Positions 20,190 to 30,446 of a stretch of DNA of 47,231 bases are shown here, piece by piece. Origin of the DNA: Gallionella sp. UBA4737 (GTDB lineage: Bacteria > Pseudomonadota > Gammaproteobacteria > Burkholderiales > Gallionellaceae); contig DHIV01000103.1 in assembly GCA_002403995.1 (NCBI GenBank), positions 4,488 to 51,718 on the forward strand, given 5' to 3'. Below the pieces are notes generated by a model that was not told the DNA's origin, made no database searches, and worked only from the letters and a program-made list of their open reading frames with translations. A program made the translations under genes and the position numbers. Within the stretch, counting starts at the first letter, position 1. Every line of letters starts with the position of its first letter.

Positions 20190-21863
20190 TTATTCCTGTT
20201 CTTTAGCCCAGGAATCCTTAAGCGTGACGGTACGATTGAATACCGGTTTCCCGGGACGGTGGTCGCGCCGGTCAGTGCAGAAATAGCCGAGCCGCTCAAA
20301 CTGGTAGCGGGTTTCCGGTTTGGCATCTTTCACGCATGCCTCTACCCAGCCGTGCGCCGTGACCAGAGAATCAGGATTGAGGTAAGTGCAAAAATCGATT
20401 TCCTTGTCCGCATCCGGTTCCGGCACGGTGAACAGCCGGTCATACAATCGGATTTCGGCAGGCAATGCATGCGCACAGGACAACCAGTGGATCACGCCTT
20501 TCACTTTGCGGCCCGCCGGGTTCTTGCCCAGCGTTTCCGCATCTATCGAGCAGCGCAATTCGATCACGTTGCCGGTGGCATCCTTGACCGCCTCATTGCA
20601 ACGCATGACATAGGAATAACGCAACCGCACTTCTCCCCCTAAGGTAAGGCGTTGCCAGCCCGCTGGCGGAGCCTCGCTGAAGTCATCCGCCTCGACCCAG
20701 ATCTCCTTGCCGAACTGCACGATGCGCGCACCGAACTCGGGATGCTGCGGATGGAAACCCGCCTCGCGCGATTCGGTCTGTCCCGCCACAAAATTCGTAA
20801 TCACCACTTTCAGCGGATTGATCACCGCCATCACACGCGGCACTTTGCTTTCGAGATCGTCGCGGATGGCCGATTCCAGCACGCCCATGTCCACGGTGTT
20901 ATTGCTCTTGGAGATGCCGATGAGTCTTGCAAATTCACGTATGCCTTCGGGAGTGTAGCCGCGGCGGCGCATCCCGATGATGGTGGGCATGCGCGGATCG
21001 TCCCAGCCTGACACGCGCCCCTCGTTTACCAATTGCAGCAGTTTGCGTTTGCTGGTGATGGTGTAATGCAGCTCCAGCCGTGAAAACTCATACTGGCGCG
21101 GATGGCAGAGAATCGTGATGTTATCCAGCACCCAGTCGTAGAGCGGGCGGTGATCTTCGAATTCCAGCGTGCACAGCGAGTGCGTGATGCCTTCCAGCGC
21201 ATCGGAGATGCAATGCGTGTAATCGTACATCGGGTAGATGCACCAGGCATCCCCGGTGCGCATATGGTGGGCACGTCGGATGCGGTAGATCACCGGATCG
21301 CGCAGGTTGATGTTGCCGCTGGACATATCGATTTTGGCGCGCAGCACACGGTTGCCGTCTGCGAACTCGCCGGCGCGCATGCGGGTGAACAGATCCAGAT
21401 TTTCTTCCGCCGGACGTTCGCGATACGGACTGTTCTTGCCGGCCAGTGTCAACGTGCCGCGATATTCGCGCATCTGTTCGGGGGTCAGGTCGTCCACGTA
21501 AGCCAGTCCCTTGTTAATCAGTTCGACCGCGTACTGGTACAACTGCTCGAAATAATCGGATGCCCAGCGCACCTCCCCGTCCCACTGAAAGCCCAACCAG
21601 CGCACATCGTCCTGGATGGACTGGGCATATTCCTCATTTTCCTTTTCCGGGTTGGTGTCGTCGAAACGCAGATTGCACTTGCCTTGATAATCCCTTGCCA
21701 GACCGAAGTTCAGGCAAATGGATTTGGCATGACCGACATGCAGATAACCGTTCGGCTCGGGCGGGAAACGCGTGACGATGCTGCGGTGTTTGCCACTGGC
21801 CAGATCGGCATCGATAATCGTGCGGATGAAGTTAGACGCGGCGGGTTGCGGCGTGCTGCTCAT
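20190..21863 (-). CDS. glnS: Glutamine--tRNA ligase
   Basis: [49 protein letters not shown]. Confidence 0.98.
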   Translation of the reverse strand: MSSTPQPAASNFIRTIIDADLASGKHRSIVTRFPPEPNGYLHVGHAKSICLNFGLARDYQGKCNLRFDDTNPEKENEEYAQSIQDDVRWLGFQWDGEVRWASDYFEQLYQYAVELINKGLAYVDDLTPEQMREYRGTLTLAGKNSPYRERPAEENLDLFTRMRAGEFADGNRVLRAKIDMSSGNINLRDPVIYRIRRAHHMRTGDAWCIYPMYDYTHCISDALEGITHSLCTLEFEDHRPLYDWVLDNITILCHPRQYEFSRLELHYTITSKRKLLQLVNEGRVSGWDDPRMPTIIGMRRRGYTPEGIREFARLIGISKSNNTVDMGVLESAIRDDLESKVPRVMAVINPLKVVITNFVAGQTESREAGFHPQHPEFGARIVQFGKEIWVEADDFSEAPPAGWQRLTLGGEVRLRYSYVMRCNEAVKDATGNVIELRCSIDAETLGKNPAGRKVKGVIHWLSCAHALPAEIRLYDRLFTVPEPDADKEIDFCTYLNPDSLVTAHGWVEACVKDAKPETRYQFERLGYFCTDRRDHRPGKPVFNRTVTLKDSWAKEQE

Positions 21864-22036
21864 GTTGGGTTCTTCCCGGTTCGTGTAAGGTTAATGATAT
21901 GCGCGGCGGATTTTACCCGAAATCACGAGTCGTTCCCGACAGACATTAACTGTGAAAATGTGCGGTTTATTTGGTAGAATCCGCCTCGATTCAAATATTT
22001 CCGCGCGCCTGCTCGTCATCACGGAACAGAACCACT

Positions 22037-23083
22037 ATGAATACTCTCAACCATGTTACCCGCCTTGCTGCGGTGTTCACCGGCGCTTTGCTGTTGTGTG
22101 CCGGCCTGGTTGCACATGCCGACGAAATCGAAGATGCCAACAAATTGTTCAAGCAGGGCCAGCGCAGCCAGGCTCTGGGCAAGGTAAATGCCTATCTCGC
22201 CGACAAGCCGAAAGACGCGCAAGCGCGATTCCTGAAAGGACTGATACTCACCGAACAAGGCAAGACTGCTGATGCAATCAAGATATTTTCAGCCTTGACC
22301 GATGATTATCCGGATCTGCCCGAGCCCTACAACAACCTCGCCGTGCTGTATGCCGGCCAGGGTCAATACGACAAAGCCAAAATATTGCTGGAAAGGGCGA
22401 TAAGCACCCATCCCAGCTATGCTACCGCTCACGAGAACCTCGGTGACATATACGCCAAGATGGCCAGCCAGGCATATGACCGCGCCTTGCAGCTGGACCA
22501 CAGCAACACCGCGACGCAAACCAAGCTGGCGATGATACAAAATCTGTTTGCCGGTGGCACACGCAGCAAAGAGCCTGATGCGTACAATACTCCGGTCTCG
22601 AACAAGGCCGACACAACGCCGGTCATTGCCGAGGTGACTCAGTCCCAGCCCGATCAGCCGGCATCTGCCGCTGCGGCAACTGAATCCAAAGCGGAATCCG
22701 AAACTGAACCTGCTGCTGCCCCCGAGCGCGTTGTCAAGAAAGAGAGCAGCAAGGATGTTTCGGAAACCATCATGGCCTGGGCCGCCGCGTGGTCTGCCAA
22801 GGATACGGATAAATACCTGTCGTTCTATGCTGATGATTTCAAAACGCCGGACGGCGAAACCCGCTCAGCCTGGGAAGCGGTTCGCAGAGATCGCATCAGC
22901 GCCCCCAAATTTATCCATGTAGGCATCAGTATCAAGAGCATATTATTCACCGACGGCACCCATGCCACCGTGAAGTTCCGCCAGTCCTATCGTGCCACCC
23001 ACCTGAAGACTTCCGGCAACAAAACCCTGCTGATGGTGAAATCCGGCGACAAGTGGCTGATTCAGGAAGAGCGTTCCAGATAG
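22037..23083 (+). CDS. Exported TPR protein with a C-terminal NTF2-like (Csd6-C-like) domain
   Basis: Signal peptide, PEPYNNLAVLYA TPRs, low-complexity linker, WAAAWSAKD..YLSFY..FRQSY..WLIQEE. Confidence 0.85.
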   Translation: MNTLNHVTRLAAVFTGALLLCAGLVAHADEIEDANKLFKQGQRSQALGKVNAYLADKPKDAQARFLKGLILTEQGKTADAIKIFSALTDDYPDLPEPYNNLAVLYAGQGQYDKAKILLERAISTHPSYATAHENLGDIYAKMASQAYDRALQLDHSNTATQTKLAMIQNLFAGGTRSKEPDAYNTPVSNKADTTPVIAEVTQSQPDQPASAAAATESKAESETEPAAAPERVVKKESSKDVSETIMAWAAAWSAKDTDKYLSFYADDFKTPDGETRSAWEAVRRDRISAPKFIHVGISIKSILFTDGTHATVKFRQSYRATHLKTSGNKTLLMVKSGDKWLIQEERSR

Positions 23084-23085
23084 CC

Positions 23086-24249
23086 ATGTTGAAACAGACG
23101 CTGATTTTTTCGCTGCTGTGCAGTTTGTTGCCTGGAACGGTGCAAGCCGGGGGGGATAGCACGGAAGCGCAATTGGTGAAAAGCCTGCAAGCCATCAACA
23201 ATAACCGCCTCGATATTGCGCTCAACGAAGTGGACAGTCTGTTGCGGGTCAACCCAAATTTCAAACTGGCACAATTGGTCAAAGGCGATCTGCTGATGGC
23301 ACACGCCGGCGTGATCGATAATTTCGGCAGCGCGTCAAACGCGCCGCAAGACAAGATTGAAGACCTGCGCGACGAGGCGCGGGTGCGCCTGCAACGCGTG
23401 CTGTCCCAATCCGACACCAGGCTCAAACCGCGTTTTTTATGGCAACTGGATGCGCGACAGAAGTATGCGCTGGTAGTCGATACCAGTCGCTCCACATTAT
23501 TCGTTTATGAAAACGTAAATGGCGAGCCGCGCTATGTCACCGACTTCTACGTTACGATCGGCAAGCTCGGCACGGAAAAATTTTCCTCGGGCGATCAACG
23601 CACCCCTATAGGCGTGTATTTCGTCAAGGCAGAATTGCCCAAAAAAAGTCTCGCCGACATGTATGGCGATGGGGCCTATCCGCTCAGTTACCCGAACGAA
23701 TGGGATCGCAGAAACAAGCGCGCCGGCAGCGGTATCTGGTTGCATGGCACGCCCAGCAGCACTTACAGCCGGCCGCCGCGCGCCAGCAACGGCTGCGTGG
23801 TGCTGGCAAATGACGATCTGGAAAAACTGGCCTCCTATCTGCAGGTCGGTGTCACGCCGGTCATCATCACCAATCAGATGGACTGGAGCAGCGAGCAGGA
23901 TCAAATCGAGCGCACCGGCCTGTTGCAGGAATTCGAACAATGGCGCAAGGATTGGGCCGGCCTCGACACCGATGCCTACCTCGGACATTATGCCCGCGAA
24001 TTTTCTTCAGGGAGTATGGATTACACTGCATGGGAAAAGCAAAAGCAATTAGTCAACAGCGCGAAATCCTGGATCAAGCTGAATCTCACCAATGTCAGCA
24101 TGTTCGCCTATCCGGAGCAACCCAACATGGTGGTGGTCGATTTCGAGCAGGATTACAGCAGCAACAACCTGTCCAACCGGATGAAAAAGCGCCAGTACTG
24201 GATCAAGCAGGACAATCGTTGGAAAATCATTTACGAAGGAGCCGCATAA
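23086..24249 (+). CDS. L,D-transpeptidase (YkuD) with NTF2-like C-terminus
   Basis: [10 protein letters not shown], catalytic GIWLHG...ASNGCV; signal peptide from ATG 23086. Confidence 0.9.
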   Translation: MLKQTLIFSLLCSLLPGTVQAGGDSTEAQLVKSLQAINNNRLDIALNEVDSLLRVNPNFKLAQLVKGDLLMAHAGVIDNFGSASNAPQDKIEDLRDEARVRLQRVLSQSDTRLKPRFLWQLDARQKYALVVDTSRSTLFVYENVNGEPRYVTDFYVTIGKLGTEKFSSGDQRTPIGVYFVKAELPKKSLADMYGDGAYPLSYPNEWDRRNKRAGSGIWLHGTPSSTYSRPPRASNGCVVLANDDLEKLASYLQVGVTPVIITNQMDWSSEQDQIERTGLLQEFEQWRKDWAGLDTDAYLGHYAREFSSGSMDYTAWEKQKQLVNSAKSWIKLNLTNVSMFAYPEQPNMVVVDFEQDYSSNNLSNRMKKRQYWIKQDNRWKIIYEGAA

Positions 24250-24250
24250 C

Positions 24251-24844
24251 ATGAAACAACTCTTTACCGCGCTGTTCGCACTGCTGCTGTGCTGCACAAT
24301 GCAATCTTCGCATTCATCAACCCAGGATAACAAAACGACAAAGGACAACAAAACCATGGTCAAACTGCATACCAATATGGGCGTCATCACCCTGCAACTG
24401 GACGCCGAAAAGGCACCCAACACCGTCAAGAACTTCCTCGAGTACGTGAACAGCGGCTTTTACAGCGGCACCATTTTCCACCGCGTGATCGCAAATTTCA
24501 TGATCCAGGGCGGCGGTTTTGAATCCGGCATGAAACAAAAGAAAGCCAATGCCCCGATCAAAAATGAAGCTGCAAATGGCTTGAAGAACGACAAATATAC
24601 CGTTGCGATGGCGCGCACCGGTGACCCGCATTCCGCCACTGCGCAATTCTTCATCAACGTCAAGGACAACGGTTTCCTCAACTATCCGGGGCAGGATGGC
24701 TGGGGCTACTGCGTGTTCGGCAAGGTGGTGGAAGGCAAGGAAGTGGTGGACGCGATACGCAACGTGAAGACCGGCCACCGCTCGGGTTTCCAGGATGTGC
24801 CGCTGGAAGATGTCGTCATCACCAGCGCGGAAGTGGTGAAGTAA
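24251..24844 (+). CDS. ppiB: Cyclophilin-type peptidyl-prolyl isomerase, with a possible signal-peptide extension
   Basis: [37 protein letters not shown]; upstream of lpxH. Confidence 0.93.
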   Translation: MKQLFTALFALLLCCTMQSSHSSTQDNKTTKDNKTMVKLHTNMGVITLQLDAEKAPNTVKNFLEYVNSGFYSGTIFHRVIANFMIQGGGFESGMKQKKANAPIKNEAANGLKNDKYTVAMARTGDPHSATAQFFINVKDNGFLNYPGQDGWGYCVFGKVVEGKEVVDAIRNVKTGHRSGFQDVPLEDVVITSAEVVK

Positions 24845-24869
24845 TCCCCATCTCCCGCGCTATCGCGCT

Positions 24870-24907
24870 CCCCTCTCCCGCTTGCGGGGGAGGGGTCGGG
24901 GGAGGGG
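24870..24907. repeat. Intergenic REP-like GC palindrome
   Basis: CCCCTCTCCCGC-TT-GCGGGGGAGGGG hairpin followed by TCGGGGGAGGGG; no U tract. Confidence 0.7.
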
Positions 24908-24928
24908 TACTTTGATTGCCCACAAAAA

Positions 24929-25651
24929 ATGTCATTCTCCCTGTTCATCTCCGACCTGCATCTGAGTGCCAAACATCCGCACAGCATCGCAGCGTTCCAG
25001 CGCTTCATCGCCACACTCGCGCCACAGGCCGAGGTGCTGTACATCCTCGGAGACCTGTTTGAATACTGGGCGGGTGACGATGACCGGCACGATCCCTTTC
25101 ACGCGCAGGTGGTAAGCGCATTGCATGACCTTTCGAGGCGCGGCATTAAAATCTATTTGATGCATGGCAACCGCGACCTGTTGATGGGCGACGCTCTCGC
25201 CAAAGCAGCCGGCGCGACTTTGCTGGATGACCCGACCCTGCTCGACCTGTATGGTACCCCCACACTGCTAAGCCATGGCGACACGCTGTGCACCGATGAT
25301 GTCGAGTATCAGAAATTCCGCGCCCAGGTACATGATGCGGAATTCCAGAAAAACTTTCTCGCCCAGCCGCTTGCGGCACGCAAAGCCTATATAGAACAAT
25401 TGCGGCAGCAAAGCACTTCCGCCAAGCAAAGCAAGGACAACACGATCATGGACGTGAACATCGATGCGGTCGCCGCGCTGCTAAGAAAACACAACTACCC
25501 GCGTTTGATCCACGGTCATACCCACCGCCCCAAACGCCACGAGCATGTGGTGGATGGGCATGGCTGCGAACGATGGGTGTTAAGCGATTGGGATCAACAA
25601 GCCTCGGCATTGCGCTGCGATGCGCAGGGTTGCCGCACACTAGAATTCTGA
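24929..25651 (+). CDS. lpxH: UDP-2,3-diacylglucosamine hydrolase
   Basis: FISDLHL, LGDLFEYW, GNRD, HGDTLCTDD, HGHTHRP. Confidence 0.96.
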   Translation: MSFSLFISDLHLSAKHPHSIAAFQRFIATLAPQAEVLYILGDLFEYWAGDDDRHDPFHAQVVSALHDLSRRGIKIYLMHGNRDLLMGDALAKAAGATLLDDPTLLDLYGTPTLLSHGDTLCTDDVEYQKFRAQVHDAEFQKNFLAQPLAARKAYIEQLRQQSTSAKQSKDNTIMDVNIDAVAALLRKHNYPRLIHGHTHRPKRHEHVVDGHGCERWVLSDWDQQASALRCDAQGCRTLEF

Positions 25652-25665
25652 TTGGGTAACAGGGT

Positions 25666-26349
25666 TTACCTTCCGCCGCTGCCCGCACACAGCTTCTTGC
25701 ACGGCATGCCGTCGCCTCCCGGGTTCAGGGCTTTCACACCGCAGACGATGAGGTAGTAATAAGCCTCGTCGCAGGAGCGCATCTGCGAGCAATGGTGTTT
25801 GGTACCGCAGGTATAATCGCGCGGCGAAAGCGCCAGTGACAAGTCCGTTTCCACCGCATGCTGCTTGCGCCACTGCCAAGGCGGCAAGGGGTTGTTCTGC
25901 GCCCACAAGCCACGTTTGGCTTGTTGTGCTTCCTGCTGGAGGACAATGTAGCGGCGGTCGCTGTGATAGTGCGAATACTCCCACGCCATGCCGCGCCGTA
26001 CCATTTCCTCGTTGACGCTGAGACCATTCACTTTAAGCTGTGCGATATCGCGTCCGTATTTATCCACCGCCAGCGTGTCTACCCATACCTGCTTGCGCAA
26101 CACCATTTCCACCAGTGTGTTGCGCGAGGCTAAGCCGAAAGCCTGCGCTTTTTCCGGCGCGTCGATCTCGGCCAGACGGATTTTCAACAATCCACTCGCA
26201 CGCCTCACCAATACCGTGTCGCCGTCCAGCACCGCAATGATCCTGGCGGTGAATTCCTGCCCTGAGCCTGGCCGAAGGATTTCAGCGCAAGCCGCTCCGT
26301 TCACGCACAGCAGCACAGCACAAAACAATGCCGTGCCGATGTGCTTCAT
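25666..26349 (-). CDS. Exported thermonuclease (SNase) with a C-terminal excalibur-like Cys domain
   Basis: VLDGDT, IRLAEIDAPE, DKYGR, GLW..PPWQWR; C-terminal CSQMRSCDEA..C..GDGMPC. Confidence 0.9.
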   Translation of the reverse strand: MKHIGTALFCAVLLCVNGAACAEILRPGSGQEFTARIIAVLDGDTVLVRRASGLLKIRLAEIDAPEKAQAFGLASRNTLVEMVLRKQVWVDTLAVDKYGRDIAQLKVNGLSVNEEMVRRGMAWEYSHYHSDRRYIVLQQEAQQAKRGLWAQNNPLPPWQWRKQHAVETDLSLALSPRDYTCGTKHHCSQMRSCDEAYYYLIVCGVKALNPGGDGMPCKKLCAGSGGR

Positions 26350-26849
26350 ATCAGCGCACTCTTGACCAAAGCAAGGCACATCAATGCATAACCGGCAGCA
26401 AGCAGGTCGTCGAACATCACGCCCAGCCCGCCATGCCAGTTGCCGTCGAAATAGCGTATCGGCGGCGGTTTGACGATGTCAAAGAAACGGAACAGCACGA
26501 ATGCCAGCAGCGACCAGTACCAGCCGGGCGGAGTGAAGAACAATACCAGCATGAAAGCCACGATCTCGTCCCACACGATGCCACCGTAATCGGCTTCACC
26601 CAAAGCCTTGCCGGTTTCGCCGCATACCCGCACGCCGAGAGCAAATGCCGCAAGCAGCATCAGCATGAACAGATAATCCGGTAATTGCGGCGCGAGCAGC
26701 CAATACATCGGAAACGCGACCAGTGTGCCGAAAGTGCCGGGAGCTTTGCGGGCCAGGCCGCTGCCGAAACCGAACGCCAATAAATGTGCCGGGTTGCTGA
26801 ACAGGAATCGCCAGCCAGGTTTTACAACTGTTTCATCGGAAGTGGTCAT
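26346..26849 (-). CDS. pgpA: Phosphatidylglycerophosphatase A
   Basis: [39 protein letters not shown]. Confidence 0.96.
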   Translation of the reverse strand: MTTSDETVVKPGWRFLFSNPAHLLAFGFGSGLARKAPGTFGTLVAFPMYWLLAPQLPDYLFMLMLLAAFALGVRVCGETGKALGEADYGGIVWDEIVAFMLVLFFTPPGWYWSLLAFVLFRFFDIVKPPPIRYFDGNWHGGLGVMFDDLLAAGYALMCLALVKSALI

Positions 26850-27786
26850 AACCAGAAGCCTTTATGTTGAGCGGGTCACCTGCCGCATCGAGCACCAGGC
26901 AGCCGAGTCCCGCGACAATTGTGCCTATATGGGCCAGCGGCAATTTCAGTCGTGCGGCAATGTCCAATATTCCAGCATGATGAGCGGCCGGTGCGGTAAA
27001 GCATAATTCATAATCATCCCCGCCGGACAAAGCGCATTGTTTTGCCAGCGGATGCTGCAAATGGCCGCGCAATACCGGGGAGACCGGCAGTGCCGAAAAA
27101 TCGAGCCGCGCAGCCAGCCGCGAGGCCTCGAGAATGTGGCCGAGATCGGCGAGCAGTCCGTCGGAAATATCGATTGCGCTGTTGGCGATACCGCGTAACG
27201 CCAGCCCCAGTGCAACGCGCGGCTGCGGCTGATGCAAAGCGGGCGCACAGGCGGCGTATTCGGTGTCGCTCAACATGATATGGCCTTGCTGATGCGCGAG
27301 TGCCAGTGCGGCATCCCCCAATTTACCCGATACCCAGACCTCATCATCCACATGAGCACCACTGCGAAGCAACGCCGCTCCCTGTGGAACCTCGCCGAAT
27401 ATCGTCACGCACAGATTGAGCGGGCCGCGCGTGGTATCGCCGCCGACCAGATCCACACCATGCTGTTGGGCCAATGCGAAGAAACCTGCGCTGAATCTTT
27501 CCAGCCACGCTTCATCTGCATCGGGCAGTGCGATCGCCAGCGTCGCCCAGCGCGGCGTTGCGCCCATGGCGGCCATGTCGGACAGATTCACCGCCAGCGT
27601 CTTGTGTCCCAGCAAAAAGGGATCTGCATCCGGCAAGAAGTGTGTGCCGCTCACCAGCATGTCGGTGGATACCGCCAGCACGTTACCCGCGCTCACCTGC
27701 AGCAGCGCGGCATCGTCGCCGACACCCAGCAGCGCGCCCGGCGTGGGGCGAGTGAAATAGCGGCGGATCAGGTCAAATTCTGTCAT
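26833..27786 (-). CDS. thiL: Thiamine-monophosphate kinase
   Basis: [45 protein letters not shown]. Confidence 0.97.
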   Translation of the reverse strand: MTEFDLIRRYFTRPTPGALLGVGDDAALLQVSAGNVLAVSTDMLVSGTHFLPDADPFLLGHKTLAVNLSDMAAMGATPRWATLAIALPDADEAWLERFSAGFFALAQQHGVDLVGGDTTRGPLNLCVTIFGEVPQGAALLRSGAHVDDEVWVSGKLGDAALALAHQQGHIMLSDTEYAACAPALHQPQPRVALGLALRGIANSAIDISDGLLADLGHILEASRLAARLDFSALPVSPVLRGHLQHPLAKQCALSGGDDYELCFTAPAAHHAGILDIAARLKLPLAHIGTIVAGLGCLVLDAAGDPLNIKASGYDHFR

Positions 27787-27801
27787 GCGGAAATATCCGC
27801 T

Positions 27802-28299
27802 TCAGGATGCGCGCCCTGAAAATTCCGGCGCGCGCAGTTGGGGCGCGAGTTTGTCCAGCACGCCGTTGACGAACTTATGGCCGTCGGTGCCGCCGAAGGT
27901 CTTGGCGAGTTCAACAGCTTCGTTGATGACTACCTTGTAGGGCACTTCCATGTGTTGCGCCAATTCAAACGTACCCAGCAGCAGCACAGCGAATTCCACC
28001 GGGCTGAGTTCGGCCAGCGGCCGGTCGAGTTGCGGGGCAAGCAGCGCCTCCAGGTCAGCGTGCCGGCTCAATGCGCCGCGCAGCAATCTGGAAAACAATT
28101 CCTTGTCGAAGCGGCCGATATTCTTTTCGGCCTGTATCTGCTTTTCGATCTTCGCCGCCTCACCCGCTGTGATGCGCCATTGATAGATGCCCTGCATGGC
28201 GAGCTCACGCGCCCGATGGCGCGGACTTTTATTCGGTGCTTTTATGGTGTTCGGCGCCTTTTTAGCTGCGGCCGCGACATCGGCCTTGCTCGCATTCAT
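27802..28299 (-). CDS. nusB: Transcription antitermination factor NusB
   Basis: [37 protein letters not shown]. Confidence 0.97.
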   Translation of the reverse strand: MNASKADVAAAAKKAPNTIKAPNKSPRHRARELAMQGIYQWRITAGEAAKIEKQIQAEKNIGRFDKELFSRLLRGALSRHADLEALLAPQLDRPLAELSPVEFAVLLLGTFELAQHMEVPYKVVINEAVELAKTFGGTDGHKFVNGVLDKLAPQLRAPEFSGRAS

Positions 28300-28748
28300 G
28301 TGATGCCCCGCAGCAGATTGACCATCTCGATCGCCACCAGCGCAGCTTCGCTGCCCTTGACGTGCATGCGCGCTATCGCCTGCTCGTCGGTGTCGGTGGT
28401 CAGGATCGCATTGGCGACAGGCACACCGGTGTGCAATTGCACTTCGCCTACGCAGCGTGCCGATTCGTTGGCCACCACTTCGAAATGATAGGTGTCGCCG
28501 CGTATCACCGCGCCCAAGGCGATCAGCGCATCGACCCTGCCGCTCTGTGCCATGCGCTGCAATACCAGCGCGATTTCCAGCGCGCCGGGCACGGTCGCCA
28601 GCGTGATGTCATCTTCGCGCACGCCCTGCTGCACCAATTGCGTCCGGCATGCACCCAACAGGCCTTCGCACACTTCGGTATTGAAGCGGCTTTGCACGAT
28701 GCCGATGCGCAGGCCCGTGCCGTTCAGGTTTTTTTCGATTTCTTTCAT
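28296..28748 (-). CDS. ribH: 6,7-dimethyl-8-ribityllumazine synthase
   Basis: [25 protein letters not shown] at 28748 with AGGA RBS. Confidence 0.97.
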   Translation of the reverse strand: MKEIEKNLNGTGLRIGIVQSRFNTEVCEGLLGACRTQLVQQGVREDDITLATVPGALEIALVLQRMAQSGRVDALIALGAVIRGDTYHFEVVANESARCVGEVQLHTGVPVANAILTTDTDEQAIARMHVKGSEAALVAIEMVNLLRGIT

Positions 28749-28752
28749 TAAC

Positions 28753-29856
28753 TCATTCCTTATGTTCGTCACTGGCATAACCCACCACTTCCAGGCCGAA
28801 GCCGGTCATGCTCGGCATCTTGTGCGGCGTGGCCAGCAAACGCATCTTGCCGACATTGAGGTCGCGCAGTATCTGCGCGCCGATGCCGTAACTGCGCGGG
28901 TCCCATTGTGCGGTCTGCTGGCTGGCGGCATCCAGTGCGGCGCGCGCGCGCAACTCCTGCGGAGTCTCGCCGCGATGCAGCAACACCAGAACGCCCGCGG
29001 TCGATTGGCCGATCTTCTGCATGGCCTGATTCACGCTGATCGAATGCGCATGATCGGTCTGTTCCAGAAAATCCATCACCGAAAGCGGCTCATGCACGCG
29101 CACCAGCGTTTCCGCGTCCTGCCGTATATCACCCTTCACCAGCGCCAGATGGGTATGCTGCGTGGTCTTGTCCACGTAGGTCGCCAGTTCGAATTCGCCG
29201 TAGGCAGTTTGCACTTTGCGCCGCGCCACGCGCTCGACCAGTTTCTCGTTCTGGCTGCGGTGCTCGATCAGGTCGGCGATCGTGCCGATCTTGAGCGCGT
29301 GCTGTTTGGCATACACGATCAGATCAGGCAATCGCGCCATCTCGCCGTCTTCCTTGAGTATCTCGCAGATGACAGCTGCCGGAGTAAGTCCGGCCAGTTG
29401 CGCCAGATCGCAGCCCGCCTCGGTATGCCCGGCGCGCACCAGCACGCCGCCGTTTTGTGCGCGCAGCGGAAAGATATGGCCGGGCTGCACGATGTCGGCA
29501 GGCTTGGCATCTTTGGCCGCGGCGGCCTGTATGGTGCGCGCACGGTCGGCTGCCGAGATGCCGGTGGTCACACCGGTCGCGGCTTCGATAGACAGCGTGA
29601 AATTGGTTGCCAGCGGCAAGCCGTTCTCGCGCACCATCAGCGGCAGGTTGAGCTGCTTGCAATGCGCCTCGGTCAGCGTCAGGCAGATCAGTCCGCGGCC
29701 ATGCTTGGCCATGAAATTGATCTTTTCCGGCGTGACGAATTCGGCGGCGAACACCAGATCGCCTTCGTTCTCGCGGTCTTCTTCATCGACCAGCACGACC
29801 ATCCGCCCGGCGCGGATCTCTTCGATGATGTCCCATATAGGAGCTATATCTGTCAT
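28753..29856 (-). CDS. ribB: DHBP synthase fused to a degenerate GTP cyclohydrolase II-like domain (RibBX type)
   Basis: [26 protein letters not shown]-terminal domain has VRVHEP and GIGAQIL but no Zn-binding Cys. Confidence 0.92.
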   Translation of the reverse strand: MTDIAPIWDIIEEIRAGRMVVLVDEEDRENEGDLVFAAEFVTPEKINFMAKHGRGLICLTLTEAHCKQLNLPLMVRENGLPLATNFTLSIEAATGVTTGISAADRARTIQAAAAKDAKPADIVQPGHIFPLRAQNGGVLVRAGHTEAGCDLAQLAGLTPAAVICEILKEDGEMARLPDLIVYAKQHALKIGTIADLIEHRSQNEKLVERVARRKVQTAYGEFELATYVDKTTQHTHLALVKGDIRQDAETLVRVHEPLSVMDFLEQTDHAHSISVNQAMQKIGQSTAGVLVLLHRGETPQELRARAALDAASQQTAQWDPRSYGIGAQILRDLNVGKMRLLATPHKMPSMTGFGLEVVGYASDEHKE

Positions 29857-30446
29857 TGGGATTCCTGCATCATTCGTTCCACATAGCGCGCGATCATATC
29901 CACTTCGAGATTGACGCGACTGCCCGCGCGCAAGTTTTTCAGGTTGGTCATCAGCAGCGTGTGAGGGATCAGGTTGACACTGAACTCATTACCTGTCACC
30001 TGATTGATGGTCAGGCTGATACCGTTGATGGCGATAGAGCCTTTGATCGCAATGTATTTAGCCAATGCCCGCGGCGCGCGTACGTCCAGTTTCCAGCTTT
30101 CGCCGAGATCGGTAAATTCGATCACTTCACCCACGCCATCGACGTGGCCGCTGACCAAATGCCCGCCCAGCCTGTCAGCCAGACGCAATGCCTTTTCCAG
30201 ATTCACCGGCTCCCCTATTGCTTCCAGCCCCTCGGTGCAATTGAGCGTTTCGCGCGATACATCGACAGTAAAGCTATCGGCGGTATGCGCGATGACGGTC
30301 AGGCATATTCCGTTCACCGCGATGCTGTCCCCGGCTTGCACATCGCTTAAATCCAGTGTGCTGGTCGCAATTGCCAGCCGCAACCCGCCATCCCGGTCGA
30401 TTGCCTGTCTGATGCTGCCGATATCCGCGATGATCCCGCTAAACAT
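29853..30446 (-). CDS. ribE: Riboflavin synthase (alpha chain)
   Basis: MFSGII, GDSIAVNGICLT, GGHLVSGHVDG, VNLEVD. Confidence 0.96.
   Translation of the reverse strand: MFSGIIADIGSIRQAIDRDGGLRLAIATSTLDLSDVQAGDSIAVNGICLTVIAHTADSFTVDVSRETLNCTEGLEAIGEPVNLEKALRLADRLGGHLVSGHVDGVGEVIEFTDLGESWKLDVRAPRALAKYIAIKGSIAINGISLTINQVTGNEFSVNLIPHTLLMTNLKNLRAGSRVNLEVDMIARYVERMMQESQ

Noticed and set aside
28753..29200. Missing Zn cysteines in the GTP cyclohydrolase II-like domain as a sign of pseudogenisation
   Set aside because: Matches the known RibBX architecture, and the frame is intact.
28492..29886. 464-aa plus-strand ORF
   Set aside because: Antisense shadow of ribB and ribH.
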